A program made the position numbers and the translations under genes. The notes below the pieces were generated by a model. It saw only the letters and a program-made list of their open reading frames with translations. It was not told where the DNA came from and did not search any database. DNA of 64,000 bases from Obrimoposthia wandeli (lineage: Eukaryota): the NCBI GenBank assembly GCA_977020255.1, contig CDROCS010003502.1:124001-188000 (forward strand). The letters run 5' to 3'. Below are positions 51,345 to 60,150 of this stretch, one piece after another; the stretch's first letter is position 1; each line of letters opens with the position of its first letter.

Positions 51345-52481
51345 TTATACCTGATCTATACAACGGACATGTATGGTAAGGGATACTTTTGCATTGTTGG
51401 AAAAACTTATTGGCACACCTGCATCGTTTCTAATATTAATTTCAATGTTTGAGATTACATTTGATGCTAAAGGGATATACATGGGTCTGTATATTGCGAT
51501 ATTAACCGTGTCTCCTGGTGCTTTATTTTTATCTAACCATATAGATTTTAATAAGGGTATCATTTGACCTCCAACGTTTACAGGTTCACACAGACTAGAA
51601 TACAAGTACATGTGATCAAACTCGTAATTTAATCGAGGTAGTCCAGACCCGTTGCCCGTAAATCGTGATTTATCTAACCCTAATACATACATTAAACGTT
51701 GATCAAATCCAATATGCTCAATTCCATTCTTTAATACAAATTTTATTAGCTTATCATTATCATCAATATAAAATCTTTTAAATATGACGTCGCATTTAGA
51801 TTTAATGTATGCTACTAATGCATTTACATTATTATTATTTAAATCTTCTGTAAATACAATTTTCTTGTTGTATGAACCGGTTTTATAATGCATATATTGT
51901 AAATTATGTGCACTGCAATCAGGTCTGATAGACGTTGATCCAAGTAAAACTCCTTTATCATCAGACTCGAAACCTTCTGAAGTTAATGTATTGAAAATGA
52001 ATCCTAATTCATTTTTAGCGTCAACATCCATCTTGATATAGAATTTTTTGTTGTTGACGGATTTTATTAGTACAACATTATCCTTTTTATCAATACCTAC
52101 ACCAACTGTGCTTAAGGAAATAGAAAGCTTTGCAATCTTATCTTTAGACGTGACGGTGAGTTTTGATATTTTATTAATTGTCTTTTTAATAACTTTTGGT
52201 TCTGATTTATCACCATGCAATTGCGGTTCTTTCTTTTCTACTTCTACTTGAGTATGAATTACTGATAAAGATATTTGATCAGTCTGTTGATTGGAGAATT
52301 TAATAGAATAATTAATTTCACTGCCCTTATTTAAAATAACAGGAGTGTTTGTGTACGTAAATTCAGTTAATGCCGCCTCCCATTTACCATTTAACGTAAT
52401 TGGATTCTCCCAATCTACAGTGAATAATGAAGCCATATTATTAGGTTGAGTTTTCGGACAACTATTACTCGGTAAAATCAT
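51345..52481 (-). CDS. Minor capsid protein (penton, Polinton PX)
   Basis: LPSNS......N..S.F.......I.L.G.WE.AL.E N-terminus and YLYSSL.EPV.VG...PLL C-terminal motif. Confidence 0.78.
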   Translation of the reverse strand: MILPSNSCPKTQPNNMASLFTVDWENPITLNGKWEAALTEFTYTNTPVILNKGSEINYSIKFSNQQTDQISLSVIHTQVEVEKKEPQLHGDKSEPKVIKKTINKISKLTVTSKDKIAKLSISLSTVGVGIDKKDNVVLIKSVNNKKFYIKMDVDAKNELGFIFNTLTSEGFESDDKGVLLGSTSIRPDCSAHNLQYMHYKTGSYNKKIVFTEDLNNNNVNALVAYIKSKCDVIFKRFYIDDNDKLIKFVLKNGIEHIGFDQRLMYVLGLDKSRFTGNGSGLPRLNYEFDHMYLYSSLCEPVNVGGQMIPLLKSIWLDKNKAPGDTVNIAIYRPMYIPLASNVISNIEINIRNDAGVPISFSNNAKVSLTIHVRCIDQV

Positions 52482-53512
52482 ATAGAAATCTCTATCTGGC
52501 TTGCTTTGATCCCTGTTGATTCAGAATATCCATGCCACTTTACGAGATATTGTTTATTCTTACCACGGCCTTTAGATTTTACGACTTCTTGGATACGGAA
52601 AAGTGTAGGTTTATCAATTACTTGTAGTTCAGGTTCATAAAATTTCCCTGTTATTACATTACAGTCATCATCAACTATAGAGTACATTACAGGATTTGCA
52701 CGTTTGTCTATTTTCTCTATCCTAAACACTTCATCACTCCAATTCTGATCAAAGTTTTTAATAAAGGGGCTACCACTAAACTTTGATATCCGAACATAAT
52801 CACCAGTCTTATGTTTAGGTTTATTAACTTTATCGACTTGATTACGACTCAACCAAATTTCCATTGCATTTTTATCATTAATATCGACAGGTCTCAATCC
52901 GTCTAAACCTCTATGCTTACTGTGATTGTATGAAGTCATTACTTTTGGTAAAACGTCAACCCATCTTTTATTGCCTTGTGCAATAAAATGTCTTTTTAAT
53001 CGATCTCTCAATGTTCTATTAAACCTTTCAACTAGGGCAGCTTTGAATTGTGAAACTACAGAGTAATGTTCAATATTTAATTTTTTAAATAAACTACCTA
53101 CATTTTTGTTGTAAAACTCTTTACCCTTATCAGTTTGCACATGTATGGGGACAGTTTTATCAGTCATTATACTTAGAGCAGCCTCTATATCCTTACCTGA
53201 TTTAGATTTTACAGGTAATGCACGCGCATACCTTGTAAACACGTCAATACATGTTAAAATATACTTGTTACCATCATTGATACTTGCATATGGTATCATT
53301 TCCATCAAATCGGCCTGCCATAAATCGTTAGGACCACTTGTTCTGTATGCTCGAGTCGGGAACTTCCGCTTCATTGGCTTGTTTAGACTGTATGCTAGCT
53401 GATTGCTCAGCCATTTCTGAGTTTTCTTTTGAGTCGATTGACTTCTTAATGATAGTTTGCCAATGCCGCTGTACCCAGCTGGGTTTTCGGGATCGTACCA
53501 TATCGTTTCCAT
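52478..53512 (-). CDS. int: Retroviral-like DDE integrase with C-terminal chromodomain-like region
   Basis: WQADL, QTDKGKEF and VERFNRTL catalytic triad; C-terminal QYLVKWHGY. Confidence 0.96.
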   Translation of the reverse strand: METIWYDPENPAGYSGIGKLSLRSQSTQKKTQKWLSNQLAYSLNKPMKRKFPTRAYRTSGPNDLWQADLMEMIPYASINDGNKYILTCIDVFTRYARALPVKSKSGKDIEAALSIMTDKTVPIHVQTDKGKEFYNKNVGSLFKKLNIEHYSVVSQFKAALVERFNRTLRDRLKRHFIAQGNKRWVDVLPKVMTSYNHSKHRGLDGLRPVDINDKNAMEIWLSRNQVDKVNKPKHKTGDYVRISKFSGSPFIKNFDQNWSDEVFRIEKIDKRANPVMYSIVDDDCNVITGKFYEPELQVIDKPTLFRIQEVVKSKGRGKNKQYLVKWHGYSESTGIKASQIEISI

Positions 53513-53563
53513 TACAACAATTGAATTTAAAATCGATGTTTGGTATGTTATTACCCATTTTGT

Positions 53564-53893
53564 TTATGAGTTTATCAATTTTGCAATCAAAGGAGATACT
53601 AAAGTAGCAATTATAGGTATTAATGCACCGATAAAACCACCTTTTTGTTTTAGAATTACTCTACGTTTACCAGTTTTACTTTTAGTATTCACTAAATCAA
53701 GTAAAGCTTTTTGATGTTTTCTAAGGTTATGTTTATGATTACCGATTTTTACAGTACCTTTTGTAATATTAAACAAGACTTCAACCAACTTATCAATAAC
53801 AAAGGGTGGAAATGACTTGAGTATACGTTGTCTATATATGCTTGGAGCCTTGATTAAAGCCTGAAAGTAGGGAAGTATAGATTTTGATAACAT
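53564..53893 (-). CDS. Basic virion protein with adenovirus pX/mu-like hydrophobic C-terminus
   Basis: QKGG|FIGALIPIIATLVSPLIAKLINS resembles adenoviral pX (RGG|ILPLLIPLIAAAIG). Confidence 0.65.
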   Translation of the reverse strand: MLSKSILPYFQALIKAPSIYRQRILKSFPPFVIDKLVEVLFNITKGTVKIGNHKHNLRKHQKALLDLVNTKSKTGKRRVILKQKGGFIGALIPIIATLVSPLIAKLINS

Positions 53894-53924
53894 GTTTAAT
53901 GAATTAAACTATTTGCAATATTGT

Positions 53925-54236
53925 TTATAGTTTAATCCATTTACCAACTAGTTTATTTACACGCTTTTTATCCGACTTCTTAACCGACTTTCCAACTGCT
54001 TTCTTAACAGGTTTCTTCTTTAATGGTTTCTTTTTTACAGGTTTTCTCTTTACTGTCTTTACCGATTTCTTTAATGATTCATCGACTACTTTACGCTGAT
54101 GAAGCACTGATTTAATAAGATTTTTAATATGAGCATTCTTCTTTAACATCAATTTGTTATCATTAGCGTGTAATTTATCACCCGGTCTCCATTTAGGTCC
54201 AACTCCACTAGGCATTGTTTCTTTCATAAATGACAT
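53925..54236 (-). CDS. Lysine-rich, probably DNA-condensing core protein (103 aa from first ATG)
   Basis: KKSVKTVKRKPVKKKPLKKKPVKK tract. Confidence 0.6.
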   Translation of the reverse strand: MSFMKETMPSGVGPKWRPGDKLHANDNKLMLKKNAHIKNLIKSVLHQRKVVDESLKKSVKTVKRKPVKKKPLKKKPVKKAVGKSVKKSDKKRVNKLVGKWIKL

Positions 54237-54238
54237 GA

Positions 54239-54886
54239 TTAACAAGTAGATAGGCTTTTCTTTTGTTTATATACAAAATCATTATTGAAAATATCGGTTC
54301 TCACGCGTAAATCGTCTGGACATTCCTGTGTAAAATCTAAAAACAAGTATCCATGAGGGTTAGTTGTTGCATCTTGAAATGCGTCAATCAAATATTGCTT
54401 ATTACAAGGGAAAGCTTGACGGGCAACAAAGTCGATAACCGTTTGATCTCGCGGATTTTTAAATAATACTAGATAATGTACATTTAAATTCCGAGTACGG
54501 TGTTGACCGCCTTGATGAAAAAGATTTTGAGTGATAAAAATCACTGTTACATTTCTATGTCTAGCTATTTTGGTAAACAGGTTATTAAAACCCGACTCTT
54601 TATTTGCTTCATCAAACAAATCATCAATTACAATGACATCTCCTGAATTTAACCTCTCAGACCATTTATTATCAAAACCATTAATAAAATGAATACCCTT
54701 CAATTTACCTAATTCTGTTCGTGTTAGACCAGATTCACCTACACCTCCGTAATGCCAGTATATTCTACTAAACTTTTGATTAAACATGATTTTATTTTGA
54801 AGTAATTTAGTTACAAAATGTGTTTTCCCACTCCCACTAGGTCCTACTATTTGGTAAACCGCGTTATTTTTAAGTTTTATCATCAT
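54239..54886 (-). CDS. A32/FtsK-like genome packaging ATPase
   Basis: Walker A GPSGSGKT, Walker B VIVIDDL, RH..........TQN, and R...LN..Y.VLFKNPRD. Confidence 0.95.
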   Translation of the reverse strand: MMIKLKNNAVYQIVGPSGSGKTHFVTKLLQNKIMFNQKFSRIYWHYGGVGESGLTRTELGKLKGIHFINGFDNKWSERLNSGDVIVIDDLFDEANKESGFNNLFTKIARHRNVTVIFITQNLFHQGGQHRTRNLNVHYLVLFKNPRDQTVIDFVARQAFPCNKQYLIDAFQDATTNPHGYLFLDFTQECPDDLRVRTDIFNNDFVYKQKKSLSTC

Positions 54887-54916
54887 CAATAATAATAAAT
54901 CAAAAGAAACGATTGT

Positions 54917-55183
54917 TTATATACGTTTTATTAATATATACAACAACAGAGAATTAAAAATTGATGCAGAAAAGGTTATATACATCATGTTTGAACGATT
55001 AATTTGAACAAATTTTTCAAAATCCTTAATCCGTTTGATATCTCTATAGACATGGGTGCAAACAATTTCCTTTATATTATTACGAGAAAGTCCATCAAAA
55101 CTAGAAAAGTATTGAACTCCATTTATTGTTCCGTTTATAATTTCCTCGACTGCATCATCAACTAATTTATCGTTTTCATCCAT
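54917..55183 (-). CDS. Polinton hypothetical protein (88 aa, hydrophobic C-terminus)
   Basis: Tightly packed ORF with a TATAAACAAT box 31 nt upstream. Confidence 0.6.
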   Translation of the reverse strand: MDENDKLVDDAVEEIINGTINGVQYFSSFDGLSRNNIKEIVCTHVYRDIKRIKDFEKFVQINRSNMMYITFSASIFNSLLLYILIKRI

Positions 55184-55201
55184 TTATATAAATCATAAAT
55201 T

Positions 55202-56101
55202 TCAATTGTTTATACCATGAAATTTTACATTTCTTACTCTCCGTTCGATCAGACATCTGCATACTGGACATGAATGTAACATTCTAGAACATGATATACA
55301 TGTATTTACATGTCCACAAGGGAGAAATACTACTTCAATATGATTATTTAAACATACTACACATTCGGGTACCTTTAAAATGTATGAAAGTATATTTATA
55401 TATTGTTTTTCAGGTTTCATTTCTAAATTAGATAAATCACAAAGCAATTCAAATAGTGAATTGTATTCACCATATCGCATCATTTTATATTTTAAAACAG
55501 ATTTTATTCTATCTTTTGTGAAAAACTTTTTCAAATATCTGATTTGGTTTGTATCCATCAACATATCGAATTTCTCGATAGTCAATGGATATTCAATTAT
55601 ACAATCTGTTTCGATTTTCTCAATAACATTAGCCTCATTATAGGGTCCTAAACATTTTGAATAGCATATATCAGGTAATTTTATATCAATATCTGATACA
55701 TGTACTTTTCCAATCAATGGTGATGTATCAAAATCGATTTTCTTGTTCATAGTTTCAATTATTGATACATTTGAAACATTTAACTTTAAAAGAAATGGAC
55801 ATGTAGGAAAAAATTTCATATGTTGCTTCATTGGTTTAAGATACCATTCCCATTCGGATAACGCACCTTGACAGTATATACATTTTACTTTATCGGTTGA
55901 ATCATCATCATGTTTATAAAATCCGGCTTTAGCTAAATCATTTACAGATTGTTTCCCTTTAAAATTTATAATTAATGATCTTAATCTTTCACTTTCACGT
56001 CTATATTTCCAGTGTAAAACTTTCATTCTAGAATAACCTACTTTTCGTCTAACTAAAACATCATCAACAGTTGTATAATGAAGTATATAATCAACTAGCA
56101 T
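55202..56101 (-). CDS. iap: Inhibitor of apoptosis (single BIR + C-terminal RING)
   Basis: BIR: R..S...LAKAGFY...C-x2-C-x16-H-x6-C. RING: CVVC...FLPCGH..C..C......CPVCR. Confidence 0.93.
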   Translation of the reverse strand: MLVDYILHYTTVDDVLVRRKVGYSRMKVLHWKYRRESERLRSLIINFKGKQSVNDLAKAGFYKHDDDSTDKVKCIYCQGALSEWEWYLKPMKQHMKFFPTCPFLLKLNVSNVSIIETMNKKIDFDTSPLIGKVHVSDIDIKLPDICYSKCLGPYNEANVIEKIETDCIIEYPLTIEKFDMLMDTNQIRYLKKFFTKDRIKSVLKYKMMRYGEYNSLFELLCDLSNLEMKPEKQYINILSYILKVPECVVCLNNHIEVVFLPCGHVNTCISCSRMLHSCPVCRCLIERRVRNVKFHGINN

Positions 56102-56142
56102 TTCAAATCATGTAAGAATAAAATTCAACTAAAATTTATTGT

Positions 56143-56635
56143 TTATATCAAAAGTAAAATATCAGTTATTATCAAAGTCACATCAAAGTGATAATCCAAA
56201 TCCTTGAGACCGAGTATGACCACTTTCCCGCTTGCAAATATGTTGACGCATAGAGGATTGTGTTTTGTAAACCTTAAAGCAGGAAACAACTCAGGTTCGA
56301 ACATGCACGCAGCTCCACACTTTTGAGACAACTTGTATAGGTTCACCTTCTTACCTAAATCGACAGTAACCGTTACTGATTGAATACGATCAATCTTTAT
56401 TCTAAATGGACACTTGAGCAAAGTTGTAGTAATAGGTTTCTTGCAACCCATTATCCTGCATGCTCCTAATAATAACTAACTAACTAACTAACATAAAAAA
56501 CATACCTGAACGGAAGATTATAAGGGTATAATCCTTACACCTGTGCACGTACTGACATGGTTTCCCGGTTTTGAAGGGTAAGTGACTGATGTCTCCTTTA
56601 ACTTTACCTTTATAATTAATATTTGCAAGATTCAT
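56143..56635 (-). CDS. TATA-binding-protein-like protein, 150 aa, spliced (exons 56635-56506, 56465-56143)
   Basis: Repeat 2: VTVDLGKKVNL...FEPELFPAL...P...NIFASGKVVILGLK. Repeat 1: LANI...LIIFRSGACRIMGCK, completed by removing a 40-nt gtatgt...ttag intron. Confidence 0.85.
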
Positions 56636-56758
56636 GATTGAATTGATGGAAATAACCCAATCTATATATAAAATTTTTAAGCTAAAGATTATCCAATCAG
56701 AATCGAGTATGATATATATATAAGCTACCACTTTTGGTATAGAATTCATTATTTTGAT

Positions 56759-57406
56759 ATGAACTCTAAACAAACTAAATCTCTTAAGTTCGAGAAGCCA
56801 CCACCAACAAGGCTTACAGACACAGATGTGGATACCGATGATGATGATGTAGTTTTTATATCAAAACCAAAGAAGCAAACTATGACAAGCAACAACCATA
56901 AACAAACCAAGACTATCAAGATTGAGAAGCAAGCAACAAATGAGGATCTCTTTATTGATGATATAGTCTCTACACCCAAACATAAGAAACCGTTCAACAA
57001 TAAACCATCAGATGTAATATTTGAGTCTAACGATTTGAAGTACACCAAGCCGGTTATGTTTTATAACTGGCAAATGAATTTTGAAGACTCAATCATATAT
57101 GGATTCATGTTTCCGGTGGCTCTGAATAAGTCAAAATACGATTTCAAGATACATAGATTAAATCCGTCAGATATTGATGATCTTAACAAAACTTTTGAGT
57201 CGATGCATCTCAACATTATAGTTGGGAATCATATAATAATTCGAGCTGATCCTAATCTTTTCAAGCGAGATCACGACTTTAATGTTGACAATATGGGAAC
57301 TGGACTCAAGTGGATGATCGTCATTTCAATACAGGGATACAAAATCAACTGTACAGGTCTTCATAAACCAATCTGGAAAATTACTGATGGACAAGTTCGC
57401 TTATAA
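56759..57406 (+). CDS. Polinton hypothetical protein (215 aa), transcribed divergently from the TBP-like gene
   Basis: Clean ATG-stop ORF with a disordered N-half and a beta-rich C-half. Confidence 0.75.
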   Translation: MNSKQTKSLKFEKPPPTRLTDTDVDTDDDDVVFISKPKKQTMTSNNHKQTKTIKIEKQATNEDLFIDDIVSTPKHKKPFNNKPSDVIFESNDLKYTKPVMFYNWQMNFEDSIIYGFMFPVALNKSKYDFKIHRLNPSDIDDLNKTFESMHLNIIVGNHIIIRADPNLFKRDHDFNVDNMGTGLKWMIVISIQGYKINCTGLHKPIWKITDGQVRL

Positions 57407-57454
57407 TTGTACTAATATATATTTATCGATGTTACTTTGCTTTCTTCAATATAG

Positions 57455-58027
57455 ACTCCTACTATAAACAATAACGTTTCTTAAGATAAAAACTGCGATA
57501 GCTGTCCGGTTATGCGGGGCAGTCTAACTCCTGGAATGAGGTCGCAGTACTAAGTAAATTAAATAGTTGCAAATAAAAATTTGGGACGGTCAATTGTGTT
57601 TAATTTCAAAATTTTAATTTTTAATTTTCATATTTAATTTTCGAATTAAAATTTTAATTTTTTAATTTTCATATTTAATTTGAATTAAAATTTAAATTTT
57701 TTAATTTCCATATTTAATTTTTTAATTTTTAAATTTTAAATTTTAAATTTTTAAATTTTGAATATTTAAATTTTTGAACTATATACTTAATGTTACAAAA
57801 TATTAACCTACATAATCGTAAGTGACGCATAAGACCAAACAAATTTCGAGACGTAAAGTGTCGGTTCTAAAACAATAGCACACAAAGCCCCCCCCCCGAA
57901 CAAGGCACAAGGAACAAAGCACATCTGTATGACTAAACAAATTTCAGATGTGCTTTGTTCCTTGTGCCTTGTTCGGGGGGGGGGGGCTTTGTGTGCTATT
58001 GTTTTAGAACCGACACTTTACACTTCT
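57455..58027 (-). repeat. Right TIR of the Polinton (573 bp)
   Basis: Reverse complement of 43463-44131. Confidence 0.95.
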
Positions 58028-59399
58028 TATAATGATGGGAAAATAATAATGAAAATAATATAATTATCGTAATTATTTATCGTCCAATAGAAACAGGGTA
58101 TTCAATTTTAAAAAAGGGGGGGTGAGTAGAAGAAATAGTAGGTAAATGAAAAAGAATTTGTATGTCTTGAAAAGGGAAAAATATTTTAAAAGCCATAGCA
58201 ATTTTGTATATGAATATAAAAAGATTCTCACGATTCTTACTATCACATCATATATTGCTAGGCCCTGCGTGGTCTCTGTGCGAAGCGATAGCAGTTAGAG
58301 TGCGGTTTTTGGGTGCTTTTAAAACTCTCAGATGGTATAACAATGCATTTTCGTTCTGAGTAGGGTAGGGGCTCAGATGTTTTTAATTCTTTGTAAAAAA
58401 CACTTAGACCTTACATTTTTGCATATAATACGTTTTATAAAGTCTCGTATAAGGTACAATCGGTAAACGTGAGGACTTATATAGTATCACCAAGATATGT
58501 GGGAAATCTCAGAAGTTAGCCTTTAAACTGCTCTTATGCGGTAGATAAATGTTTGTATTTCTCAGTTTAAAAATTCTCAATGTATATATTTTACATACAA
58601 GGATGAAATTTCACTCCATACACATGTGCATATAGACACATGCATATACACACACCTACGGTTTTAAAGGACATATGTGTGCCTTCTCCCTATTCCACTA
58701 AGATGAGTTAGATTAGACAGGACACATCATCTACTGAAGGTCTCGAGTCTAGCGGTGGTTGTTTTTAACTTAGTTTAGAGTTTGGGTAGATATTTTGAGG
58801 TTGATCTTAGTTTATGTTGTTTTGGTTGATAATTAGGTCTGATCATGGTACGGGATATGTTGATAATTAATTGCGGACTGAGCATTTGAATGAATTTGAT
58901 TTGGCCACTTAGTCTTGACGAATATATAATGTACTTTGAGTGCTTCGTATTTTATGTACGTATTTAATAAGCAGATATGAATGAGTTGTTCCTAGTTCAA
59001 ATTTCAATTTGTTTAATTTCATTTTCTCACTCATAATGGTAACTTTTTAACATGTTTTTTTGGATAGATGAGTAAGTGTTGTTCTTTATATTTCTCATAT
59101 TTCAAACCGACAACACGTTTATTTAAAACAAAATACCTTTATAAATAACTTAAATGCATAGGGTTACCATCCGAACACATTTCAACAATTTCATTGGTTA
59201 GTACCATTGTAACATTGTCCATCTTTTGTGACATCACAAAGTCACACCAGCGCTAAATCGGTTAAAATAAATTTTGAATTAACTTCTCATCCCAATATCA
59301 TTTCTCTTTTAATACGTTGCTATCTTTCTTATTAAATAGAAATAAAGAAATAAAGAAAAATCAACGATGAGTTCAGAACTTTTATTGTACTGCTGAAAT

Positions 59400-60150
59400 T
59401 TATTTATCAAAGACAACATTTGCGTAAATCAAAACAAATAAAGTCGCACCAAACACCTCGGACTCACATGGACCTTATATGTAAGTATCAATCTAAGCCT
59501 CATTTACTAATCCTTGCCGCAAGATGTATGCTAAAAATGATTAGTACATGCGCCAACACCCTAATCAACTGTTTACTACCATGCATCTTTAACGAACTTG
59601 ACGGCTTCATCGCCAAAATCACATCGCTGACCACCGTTTCTCAATTCATTTTCTAGCCACACACAGTGGCACGTACACGCCTGGATAATTTCAGTCATCA
59701 GACACTCAACTGCACTTCAAGTATTTCTTTCCATACCATCCTTCTTGACTCTGCAGAATTAGCTGAAGCAGAAACACGAAAAGACGCAAACACGTCGGTA
59801 GTCTTAGCCACGATATTCCCCACCACAAACTCCGGACGACAAGGTCAACATTGGACCTGCAAATCCATACAAACCCTAGCACATGTTCAAAAAGGCTCTC
59901 GAAAATAGAAACTTTGCAACGATGCCATCATATGTGACATTCCCTTCGCAGATACTCTTTTGCACCTATCACACGTATTTCCCATTTCCACAATCAACCT
60001 TAAGAACCTTGGAATCCTCGCTTCATGCATTATCTTGGAATTTGATCTCATCACTCCGTCTTCATCCAGCACCGGGTTTTATTTTACAACCGCAATACTT
60101 TTATCATTTGATTTCCAAATATATTGATAACATTTTGGAGAGAAATAGTT
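59400..60150 (-). mobile_element. BEL/Pao LTR retrotransposon integrase-region relic
   Basis: LDEDGVMR, IPRFLRLI...CDRCKR..AK...MASL, GFAGP, and a downstream V.DV.L...... DUF5641-like segment. Confidence 0.55.

Larger units (their letters stand above)
44114..57472. promoter_or_regulatory. Recurrent TATAAACAA(T/A) box. Minus strand: 56138-47, 55205-14, 54912-21, 54262-71, 53920-29, 51340-49, 50931-40, 49891-900, 48922-31, 44114-23. Plus strand: 57463-72
   Basis: Eleven exact copies, all on the sense strand of the downstream unit; seven lie 31-46 nt upstream of an ATG. Confidence 0.8.
43463..58027 (-). mobile_element. Polinton/Maverick virus-like element, both ends intact (~14.6 kb including a 187-N gap)
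   Basis: AG...CT termini; TATAAT duplicated at 43457-43462 and 58028-58033; long TIRs; pPolB, integrase, ATPase, adenain, and major and minor capsid genes. Confidence 0.97.

Noticed and set aside
56480-56773. 97-aa ORF as an independent protein
   Set aside because: Its 3' half is exon 1 of the TBP-like gene; the upstream extension overlaps the divergent promoter.
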